From positions 1 through 33,778 of the IMG/VR virus record IMGVR_UViG_3300009602_000043: a stretch of 33,778 bases of DNA; one strand, given 5' to 3'. Numbering within the stretch: the first letter of the stretch is position 1; each line of letters starts with the position of its first letter. Shown here in pieces: positions 19,439 through 28,547 of the stretch. The translations under genes and the position numbers were made by a program. Under the pieces are notes generated by a model that ran no database searches, was not told where the DNA came from, and was given only the letters and a program-made list of their open reading frames with translations. This stretch comes from a virus (Duplodnaviria > Caudoviricetes).

Positions 19439-19486
19439 ATGGTACTGAGCACCAGCTGGAGCGGCTTTTAACCTAAGTTAGTAAAT
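19439..19486 (-). promoter_or_regulatory. Putative activator-dependent late promoter (lysis/packaging operon)
   Basis: 22-bp box 19465-19486 is identical to 13209-13230. A -10-like TACCAT (19439-19444) lies 20 nt downstream on the - strand. Confidence 0.7.
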
Positions 19487-19502
19487 CGGGATAATCCGCC
19501 GG

Positions 19503-19754
19503 TCAGTGCAGCTTTGACAGGCGTTCAATGGATCGACGGTAGGCATCGATTGGCAGATTAAGCGCCTCACGGTGATGGATGATCTGCTGGAATACGCGAG
19601 CCTTTTGGCTGTGTTGCTCCGTTACATCGGCAACCATCAATAGCAACCAATGGCAAGCGTAGTGATGGCTGCCTGTTTGTTGCAGCGCCAGTTCATAGGC
19701 ATCGTCCGGGATGCCAAACTGGTGTAGCGAGCGGATATCGGCTTCTTTGGACAT
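19503..19754 (-). CDS. Hypothetical protein (83 aa)
   Basis: Strong AAGGAGG RBS before the ATG at 19754. Confidence 0.6.
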   Translation of the reverse strand: MSKEADIRSLHQFGIPDDAYELALQQTGSHHYACHWLLLMVADVTEQHSQKARVFQQIIHHREALNLPIDAYRRSIERLSKLH

Positions 19755-19821
19755 GGTCGCCTCCTTGCGAACGGTGTGCATCTATTCTTGTTATAGAGCA
19801 GATTTAACGAAGGCTCCAATC

Positions 19822-19847
19822 TAAATGCGCAGACGTTGGCGCATTTA
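19822..19847 (-). terminator. Putative terminator of repressor operon
   Basis: Perfect 9-bp stem TAAATGCGC/GCGCATTTA just after the stop of the 119-aa gene; the U-tract is weak. Confidence 0.45.
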
Positions 19848-19858
19848 CTGCCATACGA

Positions 19859-20218
19859 TCACCTGCCCAGCGCGAAATCTCTATTCATCCGACAGCTTGA
19901 GCAGTTTTGAATGGTTTTTGCTGGAAAATACTTGTTAGATGTGCCGCAGGCGCATACCCATTCTTTCCCATCATCAGAGATATATCCTAAAGGTTTTTGG
20001 TCTGTACTAGACTCCGTCGGTGCACTGCTAGCATCAGATTTTTCAGTTTTTTCGACCAGCGAGGGAACACCAATAAGGGACAATAGGGCCACAAAGCTGA
20101 ACAAGAAACCGAGGATGAACCAACCAACCTGGTCTCTGTTTTTTTCACCAGCCACGAATGCTGCGAAACCGCCCACTACAGCACAGTGTATTGCGTAAAG
20201 AACAAGCATGATGTCCAT
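19859..20218 (-). CDS. Membrane protein with C-terminal zinc ribbon (immunity-region accessory gene)
   Basis: Two N-terminal TM segments (A..KNR...GWF.LGFLF) and W.C.CG..N...C..C; directly downstream of the repressor. Confidence 0.75.
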   Translation of the reverse strand: MDIMLVLYAIHCAVVGGFAAFVAGEKNRDQVGWFILGFLFSFVALLSLIGVPSLVEKTEKSDASSAPTESSTDQKPLGYISDDGKEWVCACGTSNKYFPAKTIQNCSSCRMNRDFALGR

Positions 20219-20245
20219 CGAAGTTCCCTCTACAAGAAAATTAGG

Positions 20246-20752
20246 TCAACCCCAGCCTGCGCCCAACAATACTTCAATCATTGCCTTGAGGGCGGGATCA
20301 TCGTGACGAGGCGCTTCTTTTGCCGCGTTGTAATTTTTATATAAAGTCGCCACGACCTGAGCCTTCGCTTTCGCTCCCCAGCGAGCAGACAATAACTGTG
20401 CAGACACAACCTCGTCTACCGCCTCGATAATTTCAGAAAGCAACTTCTGATCAATTTTTTGATCACGCACCACAAGATAGTCACTTGTGCTTTCTTCTCT
20501 CACTGACGGATCAGTGACCGCCTCAAGATTTCTGCTCCGCACCCCAGTGACAATATATTGGACATCAGCGCCAATCCCAGCGATTCCTTGCAAATATTCT
20601 GCCGAAGGGGCGCGATCGCCACCTTCGTATCCGACTTGTGAGCCTCTCTTAACGCTTCCAGCCCACGCAAAGTCGTCCTGATTTAAGCCGAGCCGATTAC
20701 GCTCAGAGGCGATACGGCCGCCAATATCTTGAACATTCTTCTTTTTTGCCAT
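20246..20752 (-). CDS. Phage repressor (XRE HTH, no S24 peptidase domain)
   Basis: IG.RI..ER.RLGLNQ..FA....V...SQ..YE.G.R.P.A.YL..I...G.DV.YI.TG.R; divergent from a Ner-like gene. Confidence 0.88.
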   Translation of the reverse strand: MAKKKNVQDIGGRIASERNRLGLNQDDFAWAGSVKRGSQVGYEGGDRAPSAEYLQGIAGIGADVQYIVTGVRSRNLEAVTDPSVREESTSDYLVVRDQKIDQKLLSEIIEAVDEVVSAQLLSARWGAKAKAQVVATLYKNYNAAKEAPRHDDPALKAMIEVLLGAGWG

Positions 20753-20755
20753 AAT

Positions 20756-20816
20756 TATATTGACACTGAACGTTATATTGATCAGTATTTACTCTGCATG
20801 TACGATATATTGATCA
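20756..20816. promoter_or_regulatory. Immunity switch: operator repeats and early promoter
   Basis: TATATTGA occurs three times (20756, 20774, 20806), two as CGNTATATTGATCA. TTGACA at 20760 is followed by a 17-nt spacer and CAGTAT. Confidence 0.6.
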
Positions 20817-20857
20817 TGTATGGAACATTATTTAACCCTGTCGGGGAGTATAACACC

Positions 20858-21142
20858 GTGGACGTTGATCGTATCCGAGAACGGCTTAAGGCTAGAGGCT
20901 ACACCTTTACCCAGATAGCCAATGTTCTGAATGTCACACCAAATCACGTATCGGCGGTCGCTCGGCGCACCCGTAAGAATCACCAAGTAGCGATCGCCAT
21001 TGCCACAGCTCTTGAGGCGCCCGTTGATCGCGTATTCCCAGACGTGCCGATGTATCACGGCCCCATCCTGACACCAGAAGAACGTCAGCAGTTGTTGGCC
21101 CGACAGCTTGAGGAGCAGGGCATCATCCGGAGGTCTGCGTAA
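20858..21142 (+). CDS. Ner/Cro-like HTH regulator
   Basis: GTG with GGGGAG RBS. I...L..RG.T...IA..L.V....VS.V...IA..L..P...VFP pattern; first early gene. Confidence 0.8.
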   Translation: MDVDRIRERLKARGYTFTQIANVLNVTPNHVSAVARRTRKNHQVAIAIATALEAPVDRVFPDVPMYHGPILTPEERQQLLARQLEEQGIIRRSA

Positions 21143-21386
21143 TGCCTGGTTCGCCCATTTGCTTGCGCCATCGTACGGTCAGATCCAGCGTCTGCAGTGG
21201 AATCTCGTCGACAAATATGAGCTGCAGCAGATTTTCAGCTGAGCTATCAAGTGCATTGCTACGCATGGCCGGTGTGACCAATTCGGCAACAACAGCCGTT
21301 AACTGGTCGATGATCAATATTTGGTTAAGCGCAATCATCTCTAGCTGTGCGATCCGTTCCTGGGTATTCATTTCGGCGGCCTGCAT
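21123..21386 (-). CDS. Small hypothetical protein antisense to the early operon
   Basis: AGGAG RBS 10 nt before the ATG; fills the gap between the Ner-like gene and the next early gene. Confidence 0.5.
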   Translation of the reverse strand: MQAAEMNTQERIAQLEMIALNQILIIDQLTAVVAELVTPAMRSNALDSSAENLLQLIFVDEIPLQTLDLTVRWRKQMGEPGITQTSG

Positions 21387-21494
21387 CTGGGCTCTCTCCT
21401 GTGTGAGTTCATTTCCAGCCTATGTCCGCTGTCGGCGGTTGCATAGAGCGCAAATCCGTTTTTGTTTAGAAGCCAGCGCCACGAGGGTCTTCCA

Positions 21495-21983
21495 ATGTCT
21501 CGCGTAAATTGGAATAAGGTCCAACCGACCAGTATTACGCACGCGATGGAGTTGTGTGTTTTGTATGCGAGGGATAAGCGCAATCTGTCAGTAGAGCGCA
21601 TAGCTGAACTGATGGGCCAAGCCAGCCACCACTCACTATACAAGTGGATGGCTGAGGGTCGGATGCCTGCCGTTCTGATTCGACCATTTGAACATGCCTG
21701 TGGTGCAAGTTATGTCAGCCGCTACATAGCCCACTCTGCTCAGTACCTCACTTTGAGGATACCCAGCGGCACTAAAGCTGAGGCGCGTGACATCAATGCC
21801 CTTCAAGCCAGTCTCACCAGCGCGGTCACAGCCCTGATCGAGTTTCACGACGCACGCATGACCCAGGACGATTGCATTGCTGTGCTAACAGGGGCTCTGG
21901 AAAACCTTGCCTGGCATAGGGCCAATGTCGAGAAAGCCGACTGCCCAGAGTTGAGTTTGTTCAATGAGGAGGATCCGCAGTGA
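21495..21983 (+). CDS. Conserved B3-like early regulatory protein (HTH / CII-like)
   Basis: ATG at 21495 after GAGGG. NLSVERIA.LMG......YKW...GRMP...I..FE.ACG pattern. Confidence 0.7.
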   Translation: MSRVNWNKVQPTSITHAMELCVLYARDKRNLSVERIAELMGQASHHSLYKWMAEGRMPAVLIRPFEHACGASYVSRYIAHSAQYLTLRIPSGTKAEARDINALQASLTSAVTALIEFHDARMTQDDCIAVLTGALENLAWHRANVEKADCPELSLFNEEDPQ

Positions 21984-22127
21984 AGCGCCGTTCACAACCC
22001 AAACAGTCAAAAAGCCGCAACACCTACGGCCCCAAGAAGGCCAGCGGCAACATGATGTATGGCCCGCATTCGCACACCCAGCACCAGCATCGCGTGCGCA
22101 CGGTTGCAAATCAGGAGTCAGCACATC

Positions 22128-22427
22128 ATGGCTGAGAACATCCACGAGCGGGTCTGTCAGCTAATTATGGCCATGGCCGGGCATGAGGTTCAGGGAATCC
22201 GGAATTCAGAACTGGCAGATGCCGTCGGCGTGTCGAGACCAACGATCACTCGCGACCTGGCATCACTTCAAAAGATCGGCATCGTGGAAGAGATCCCTGG
22301 TCTTCAAGGCCGCTGGCGTCTCGGTCCTAAGATCATCCAGATATCCAGAGCGCATGCTGAAGGCATGGCTCGGGTTAAGTCCGCCGTCGCTGAAATCGAA
22401 CAGCGATTCTCACGCACCCCACACTAG
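22128..22427 (+). CDS. Winged-helix (IclR/HTH_11-like) DNA-binding protein
   Basis: AGGAG RBS. G..N.ELA.....S...ITRDL..L...G.VE......WRLG pattern. Confidence 0.78.
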   Translation: MAENIHERVCQLIMAMAGHEVQGIRNSELADAVGVSRPTITRDLASLQKIGIVEEIPGLQGRWRLGPKIIQISRAHAEGMARVKSAVAEIEQRFSRTPH

Positions 22428-22444
22428 CATCCAGGAGAGACATT

Positions 22445-23398
22445 ATGGCCACCGCCACCAAAGAAAAACGTAAGCCCGGTCGCCCCAAGGAGACACAAGC
22501 TGCAGAGCGTATTGGTCCGGATTTCGTGACCGAAACCCCGAAAGACATGCGCGATGCTGAAGAAGCCTGGCGCAGCGAGCAGGTCGAAACTGAGCGAAAT
22601 TTGGCCATCGTGGACAAGCAGTATGGAGATGATTTGCCATACGACCGAACTCGTCTTGAGAGTGAAGCGCGGTTCTACATGCAAGAGAGCGCTGCAGCAA
22701 TGTTAGAAGCCGGACGTCGTCTTATTGTGTTGAAAGAGCACGAAGGGCACGGGCAATTTACCAGCTCACTGGAACGAATTGGAATCTCATCACGCGCTGC
22801 TCAGAAGATGATGCAAGTCGCCGTGAAATTTTCAAATGCGCCAACGTTGGCGCATTTGGGTAAGTCCAAAATGTTAGAGCTTATGGTCGAAGATGACGAC
22901 GACCTTGAGGCACTAGCGGATGGAGGCACGGTCGCAGGCTTGAAGCTCGACGACATCGAAAAAATGTCGGTTCGGGAGTTGAAAGCAGAGCTGCGCAAGG
23001 AGCGCGAACGTCGCAAAGAAGAAGCTGAGGCCAACGAGCGACTGCTGGAGAAAAAAGACCAGAAGTTAAACCAGCTGGAAAAAACACTCGACGACCGCCA
23101 GCGCCGCGTGAAGACCTGGGACGGTGTTGTATCTGAGATCAACATCAACCTGACCAACATGACCGGTGGCGCGATCATGCACATGCAGCACCTGCGTGAG
23201 CAGATTGAACAGATCAACGCAGAGTGTATCCGACTTGACCTCTCAAAGCCGGAGATGGAAGCGATCGTCAAACCGTTCGCCGATCACATCGCTACCCTCG
23301 GTGATTATCTGCGCGAGCTGGAACAGGATTTCGGACTCAACCTCTCGGTTTACATGCCTGATTTTACAACCGACCAGATTCAATCTCTGGAGGACTGA
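22445..23398 (+). CDS. DUF3102 domain protein (B3-like early protein upstream of transposase)
   Basis: EAGRRL..LKEHE.HG.F...LE..GI..R.AQ.MM..A.KF, then LG.SK..EL and a coiled coil. Confidence 0.82.
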   Translation: MATATKEKRKPGRPKETQAAERIGPDFVTETPKDMRDAEEAWRSEQVETERNLAIVDKQYGDDLPYDRTRLESEARFYMQESAAAMLEAGRRLIVLKEHEGHGQFTSSLERIGISSRAAQKMMQVAVKFSNAPTLAHLGKSKMLELMVEDDDDLEALADGGTVAGLKLDDIEKMSVRELKAELRKERERRKEEAEANERLLEKKDQKLNQLEKTLDDRQRRVKTWDGVVSEININLTNMTGGAIMHMQHLREQIEQINAECIRLDLSKPEMEAIVKPFADHIATLGDYLRELEQDFGLNLSVYMPDFTTDQIQSLED

Positions 23399-23402
23399 TC
23401 AC

Positions 23403-25178
23403 ATGAACCAGGCGGTCAGAGAGACTATTCGTCAGTTGGCATTAACGCTGGATCAACTTGGGCACGGTAAAAAACGCGCCGAAGTGGAGCGTGTTGCCTC
23501 TGAGCTCGGCTGCTCGCCTCACAAGGTGTATGACCACCTGAAAAAAATCGGCTGGTCATCTGGGCGCAAACGCCGCTCAGACGCCGGTAAGACATCAGTG
23601 CCTGAGGCGGTGCTGAAAGACCTGGCAACCACAATCGCTCTGTCCACCCGAGCCAACGGCAAGGTACTAATGGATGTGCCTAATGCGCGCAGCATGTTGG
23701 CTGCCAACGGCCGCGCTTTCCCCGTAAGCAACGGCCACCTGAGCAGGCTGCTGCGCAAAAGGCAGATGAACGCTGCTGCGCTCAAACGGGCCACACCGCA
23801 CACGCAGATGAAGTCCCTGCATCCTAACCATGTGCACCAGGTGGATCCTTCCTACTGCGTGCTCTACTACCTGCCAGGCAAAAAGGGCGTGGATGTTCAG
23901 CGCTTTGCCAGTGACGATGAGTTCTACAAAAACAAGCCTCAAAACATCGAGCGTAATGCCGCACTTCGAGTGTGGCGCTACGTTCTAACTGACCATTTTT
24001 CAGGGTCTGTCCTGGTGCGCTATTACCAGAGCGCTGGCGAGACTCAGGCCAACCTTTGGGACTTCATGTTGTGGTGCTGGGCGAAGATGGCCGGCAGGCC
24101 CATGCACGGTGTGCCCAAGCTGCTGATCTGGGACAAAGGCAGTGCCAACACCTCATCAGCGATCAAAAATGCGCTGACGGCACTGGATGTCAATGACATC
24201 CCCCACAAGGCACATAATGCGCGCGCTAAGGGACAGGTCGAGCTTGGCAACAACCTGGTGGAAAAGCTTTTCGAGTCGCGGTTGCGCTTCCAGCCTGTAC
24301 GCAGCGTCGAGGAACTGAACGAAGCGGCAGAGCGTTGGTCGACTGCGTTCAATTCAAACGCCATCCCGCACTATGACAGTCGTCTGAGTAGGGCTGGCAT
24401 GGCGCAGCCACTAGCCCGATTCGCGCTCTGGCAAACCATCCGCAAAGAGCAGCTGCGCATCCTGCCCGATATAGCCCTTTGCCGCACATTACTGGCTTCT
24501 ACGCCTCAGTCTCGTGTGGTCAGCCAGGCGATGACGATCAGCTTCAAACACCCGCAGGCTGACAAATCATTGACCTACGACCTGCGCGATCTGCCCGCTG
24601 TTTATCCAGGTGCGAAGGTCGATGTGTGTCCGCTGGTTATTGGTGATCGCCAAGTAAAAGTCATCGTGACGGACTACAAAGGTGAGCAGCGCAGCTTCAA
24701 TGTGTCGCCGGTAGAGTTCAACGATCTGTCAGGTTTCCGCATCGACGCTCCGGTGTGGGGTGAGGACTTCGCCTCACTGCCAGACACTGTCCAGGATATG
24801 AATCGCAAGGCCGCAGTGCGCAACGCTTATCCGGACAAAACGGATGAGGAGATCGAGAAGCTGACCCGCAAGAACGCGGCCCCATTCGGCGGGCTCGATG
24901 CGCACAGCCACCTGGCCAACGTCTACAAGCCAGCCTATATGCCACGCTCGGGCACCGATATCGAGCTGCCCAACACCAACGTGATGGAAACCAAACCACT
25001 GAGCGTGATCGAGACCGCCAAGCGGCTGCGATCGTCGCTCGGGCGCGCCGTCACTGCAGAGGAAAACCAGTTCATTCGCGAGCGGTACCCGGAAGGTGTG
25101 CCGCCTGACCAGTTTGATCAGCTCCTGGAGCTGATCAGAAACCCGGCGCAGGAGATGAAGCTGTCGCTGGTGAAGTAG
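23403..25178 (+). CDS. DDE (rve-type) transposase A
   Basis: GGAGG RBS before ATG 23403. RKRRSDAG, HPNHVHQVD (D), WDKGSAN (D), N.RAKGQVE (E). Confidence 0.93.
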   Translation: MNQAVRETIRQLALTLDQLGHGKKRAEVERVASELGCSPHKVYDHLKKIGWSSGRKRRSDAGKTSVPEAVLKDLATTIALSTRANGKVLMDVPNARSMLAANGRAFPVSNGHLSRLLRKRQMNAAALKRATPHTQMKSLHPNHVHQVDPSYCVLYYLPGKKGVDVQRFASDDEFYKNKPQNIERNAALRVWRYVLTDHFSGSVLVRYYQSAGETQANLWDFMLWCWAKMAGRPMHGVPKLLIWDKGSANTSSAIKNALTALDVNDIPHKAHNARAKGQVELGNNLVEKLFESRLRFQPVRSVEELNEAAERWSTAFNSNAIPHYDSRLSRAGMAQPLARFALWQTIRKEQLRILPDIALCRTLLASTPQSRVVSQAMTISFKHPQADKSLTYDLRDLPAVYPGAKVDVCPLVIGDRQVKVIVTDYKGEQRSFNVSPVEFNDLSGFRIDAPVWGEDFASLPDTVQDMNRKAAVRNAYPDKTDEEIEKLTRKNAAPFGGLDAHSHLANVYKPAYMPRSGTDIELPNTNVMETKPLSVIETAKRLRSSLGRAVTAEENQFIRERYPEGVPPDQFDQLLELIRNPAQEMKLSLVK

Positions 25179-25224
25179 CCACGACGCCCACTTCGGTGCC
25201 ATCAATCAATAGGAGAGAACCACC

Positions 25225-26448
25225 ATGGCAGCACCAAGCACTGTAACGCACATCGCAGGCAGCACGCTGCGCCTGAAGCGGCTGATGTTCAATCTGGGCA
25301 TCAGTCAGAAAGCGCTTCATCGCGTGGTCGGGATCCCGACCAGCACGCTGTGCGAAATCATCAACCACAACAACTGGCCCACCAATCACGACCACAAAGC
25401 AATTCGGCGCATGACCGAGGAGTACCTGGTGGAGTGCGGTGCGCAAAGCGCTGAGATCAAGCGCATCTGGGAGTTCGACGAGGAAGACACACCGGTGACC
25501 TACCACGGCCACCTGGTGCGCATGCGCAAGGCAAATCCTGTGATCGATTCATCCCAAAAAACAAACTTCATCAACGAGGAACTGCCGGAGAACGCGATGC
25601 TGAGCCAAAAAGCTAAACAGCACTTCAAGCTTTTCAATGACCCATTTATCGAAGATGTGACCTGCCCGGAAGATGTGTTCATGTCTGCCGATCAGCAGTA
25701 CGTGCGCTCAGCCATGTATCAGACAGCCAAGCGCGGCGGGTTCATTGCCGTGATCGGTGAGTCCGGTGCAGGCAAGACCACGCTGCGCCGCGACCTGCTC
25801 GATCGAATCCACCGCGAGGATCCAAACATCCGTGTGGTGTTCCCGCGCATCATCGACAAGGCACGCATCAACGCCAGCACGATCTGTGACGCGATCCTGG
25901 CTGACCTGCAGGTGACCGCTGGTCAGTCACTGGAAGCCAAAGCGCGACGCATTGAAGAGGCGCTGGCCGAGTCCTCCAGGGCTGGCAATGCACACGTGAT
26001 CATGATCGAGGAAGCGCACGATATCCCGATCAAGACGCTGAAATTCATGAAGCGCTTCTGGGAACTGGAAGACGGTTTTAAGAAGCTGATCAGCATCATT
26101 CTGGTCGGCCAGCCTGAACTTAAAAACACGCTCAACGAGCACATCCACCCGGAGATCCGCGAGGTGTCGCGTCGCTGCGAAATCATCGAGCTGCAACCAC
26201 TGAACGGCAACCTGGAGAAGTATCTGGAGCTCAAATTCAAGCGCGTGAACCGCAGCCTGGATGACATCTTCGAGAAGGATGCCTTTGATGCGATCCGGGC
26301 GCGCCTCAGTGTCCACCGCGGCAACAGTCGGGTGCCGGTCAACATGATGTATCCGCTGATCGTCAACAACTGCGTCACGGCTGCAATGAACTCCTGCGTG
26401 GAGCTTGGCCTGGCAAAAATCAACGCAGAGCTGGTCCGGGAGCTGTAG
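25225..26448 (+). CDS. Transposition ATPase B (AAA_22/ExeA-like) with N-terminal HTH
   Basis: Walker A GESGAGKT, Walker B MIEEAH, LVGQPEL; directly after the transposase. Confidence 0.92.
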   Translation: MAAPSTVTHIAGSTLRLKRLMFNLGISQKALHRVVGIPTSTLCEIINHNNWPTNHDHKAIRRMTEEYLVECGAQSAEIKRIWEFDEEDTPVTYHGHLVRMRKANPVIDSSQKTNFINEELPENAMLSQKAKQHFKLFNDPFIEDVTCPEDVFMSADQQYVRSAMYQTAKRGGFIAVIGESGAGKTTLRRDLLDRIHREDPNIRVVFPRIIDKARINASTICDAILADLQVTAGQSLEAKARRIEEALAESSRAGNAHVIMIEEAHDIPIKTLKFMKRFWELEDGFKKLISIILVGQPELKNTLNEHIHPEIREVSRRCEIIELQPLNGNLEKYLELKFKRVNRSLDDIFEKDAFDAIRARLSVHRGNSRVPVNMMYPLIVNNCVTAAMNSCVELGLAKINAELVREL

Positions 26449-26450
26449 CC

Positions 26451-26972
26451 ATGGAATCGCTGACGACTGAACAATGGATCGAACTGATTGTGCTGATTGT
26501 CACCGGCTCGCTGGCTCTGATCGGTTTTTGGGTGATGCCTGGCGCTCAGCAGGTTGACCGTGAACCGACACTGCACCACCTGGGTGAGATTGACGATGTG
26601 CGAAGCGGTGCCACCGTCGAGCACTGGGCGAACATCTTCGTCTCCAACAACGTCTCGCGCCAATTTGGTCTGTCGTTCGCGCAGTTCATGACCAACCCGC
26701 GAGGGTACCTGCAGGTGCTGTTTTTCCATCCGGACAAGGAACCTCTGGATCCCAGGCCACTGCTGCCAGCTCAGGTCGTGGTGTACGAGCGCATCCTTCG
26801 CCAGGAACTCGAAGCGATCGAGCAACAGCAGCTGCAGGACAAAGAGCTGGCTGCCCTGGAATCGAAGTACCAGGCGATCAGCAACAGCGGCGGGCGCATC
26901 GGTTGCCCGATGAACCAGAACAAGCGCACGCGCAAGTGGCAAACGCGCGGCAGCCACCTAAAGCCAGCGTAA
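26451..26972 (+). CDS. Hypothetical protein with N-terminal TM anchor
   Basis: Starts 2 nt after the ATPase stop; hydrophobic N-terminal segment. Confidence 0.65.
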   Translation: MESLTTEQWIELIVLIVTGSLALIGFWVMPGAQQVDREPTLHHLGEIDDVRSGATVEHWANIFVSNNVSRQFGLSFAQFMTNPRGYLQVLFFHPDKEPLDPRPLLPAQVVVYERILRQELEAIEQQQLQDKELAALESKYQAISNSGGRIGCPMNQNKRTRKWQTRGSHLKPA

Positions 26973-26995
26973 TTTTTCAACCACAGGAGTACATC

Positions 26996-27610
26996 ATGAA
27001 ACCAGCTATTCCAGAGGGGTACCGCGAAGACTCACGCGGCAACCTGGTAAAAGAGTCCAGCATCAAGGCGATCGACCTGGCGCGCGATGAGCTCACCATG
27101 GAGATCGTTCAGAAGGCCAAAAACGTCAGCACGTTGCTGCGCAATATGAAGGCGCAGATCTACGGCGATATCGAGGCATTTGTGGAGATGTCAGCCGAGC
27201 AGTACGGCGTCAACCTGGGCGGCAAGAAAGGCAATCTGACATTGCTCAGCTTCGACGGCCGCTACAAAGTGATCCGTGCCAATGCGGACAACATCGTATT
27301 CGATGAGCGTCTGTACGCTGCCAAGGAGCTGATTGATCAGTGCCTGCGTGACTGGAGCAAAGACGCTCACCCTGGGCTGATGATGATGGTCAATGACGCA
27401 TTCCGTGCCGATCGCAACGGTGAGCTTCGCACCGCTCGGGTGCTGGCACTTCGGCGCCACAACATCGATGACCCGCGCTGGAATCGCGCGATGGACGCCA
27501 TTAGCGATGCCCTGCAGGTGGTCGGATCCAAGTCGTACATCCGGGTCTATGAGCGTGTCGGCGACAGCGACCAGTACCGGCTCATTCCACTCGATATCGC
27601 GGGGGCATGA
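26996..27610 (+). CDS. DUF3164 family protein
   Basis: AGGAG RBS. P.GY..D..G.L, GG.KGN.TL.SFDG.YKV, FDERL..AK.LID.CL, W..AM.AI.D, SKSYIR.YER. Confidence 0.88.
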   Translation: MKPAIPEGYREDSRGNLVKESSIKAIDLARDELTMEIVQKAKNVSTLLRNMKAQIYGDIEAFVEMSAEQYGVNLGGKKGNLTLLSFDGRYKVIRANADNIVFDERLYAAKELIDQCLRDWSKDAHPGLMMMVNDAFRADRNGELRTARVLALRRHNIDDPRWNRAMDAISDALQVVGSKSYIRVYERVGDSDQYRLIPLDIAGA

Positions 27611-27613
27611 ACT

Positions 27614-27979
27614 ATGGCAATTCCATCATTCTCCGACGCCTTGATGCCAAAGTCAGCCCGCTTGAATCCACCAGGTGGTGACGGTGCGGATTGGTACCCA
27701 GGCCCAGACCAGCCGTTTGTGGTCCAGAACGTTCGTGACGCCCAAGATGGTCTCTGCACTTTGTTGTATGTGTGCCTGGACGCGTCGCTGCCCGACCACA
27801 TCATTGCACGGCCGATTCTTCACGATAGTACGTTCAATGCGATTCCCGTCATTCTGCCCAGGGCTCGATATCGCTTCAGCGCGGGCGATGCAGCAGTTAC
27901 GGCGATGGGCCTGAAGGATGAAGTCACCAAGGTGGTGAAACTACGCCACCAATACCTCAACAAGGTTATGGACGCATAG
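27614..27979 (+). CDS. Hypothetical protein
   Basis: Tightly packed in the early operon. Confidence 0.65.
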   Translation: MAIPSFSDALMPKSARLNPPGGDGADWYPGPDQPFVVQNVRDAQDGLCTLLYVCLDASLPDHIIARPILHDSTFNAIPVILPRARYRFSAGDAAVTAMGLKDEVTKVVKLRHQYLNKVMDA

Positions 27980-27999
27980 CGCCCATCAGGAGAGAGACG

Positions 28000-28212
28000 A
28001 TGAGTGGTTTAATCACGCACCAAAAACTGGCGATCGTCGTCGCCAGTGGCAAGGGCCTCCAGGTGCTCGCCTATGACAGCGAAACTGCGCTGGCAGAGGC
28101 TGCTATCCGACGCACCTGGCGGGAGATGAATGATAAACAGCAGGCAGCATGGCTGCGCGAGCTTGCAGACAAAGTGGATGCTGAGGCGGCAGCCAGTGAG
28201 GTGTGTCAATGA
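28000..28212 (+). CDS. Hypothetical protein
   Basis: AGGAGAG RBS; ATGA coupling to the next gene. Confidence 0.65.
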   Translation: MSGLITHQKLAIVVASGKGLQVLAYDSETALAEAAIRRTWREMNDKQQAAWLRELADKVDAEAAASEVCQ

Positions 28213-28547
28213 AAACCGCCCACGCCATCAAGCTTGAGCACACACGGCACGTTTGCGGCACCGGTGTCGTCAAATACGACATGGACGCCCTGGTTGAGCA
28301 GTCGCGCAATGAGTGCATCGCAGAGTTCCACCACGATGATGTCGGTGTCAGTGAATACGTTTTCAGTGACAATTCCAGCCTCACTGTTTTCCATCCCGTT
28401 GTCGATGCGATGGAGGAAGAAATTCGGCTGCTGGGTCACGAAGATCAAGTCGGTGGGCATGAGTGCGTAGAGACCGTAGCCAAGGGCCGCATCGGCGTGC
28501 TGCGCTCTCTGGTTCGGTTTTTCAAGCGCGGCGGGGCCCAGTCATGA
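28209..28547 (+). CDS. Hypothetical protein
   Basis: ATGA overlaps on both sides; GAGGTG RBS. Confidence 0.6.
   Translation: MKTAHAIKLEHTRHVCGTGVVKYDMDALVEQSRNECIAEFHHDDVGVSEYVFSDNSSLTVFHPVVDAMEEEIRLLGHEDQVGGHECVETVAKGRIGVLRSLVRFFKRGGAQS

Noticed and set aside
20729-20857. N-terminal extension of the Ner-like ORF
   Set aside because: Runs through the operator/promoter region and overlaps the repressor start; GTG 20858 has an RBS.
23166-23402. 79-aa N-terminal extension of the transposase in the ORF track
   Set aside because: Overlaps the DUF3102 gene; ATG 23403 has a GGAGG RBS and follows the upstream stop closely.
25225-26448. Type II secretion ExeA annotation for the ATPase
   Set aside because: Context directly after a DDE transposase in a prophage indicates a MuB/TnsC-like function.
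25923-26957. 344-aa - strand ORF
   Set aside because: Antisense to the ATPase B gene and its neighbour.
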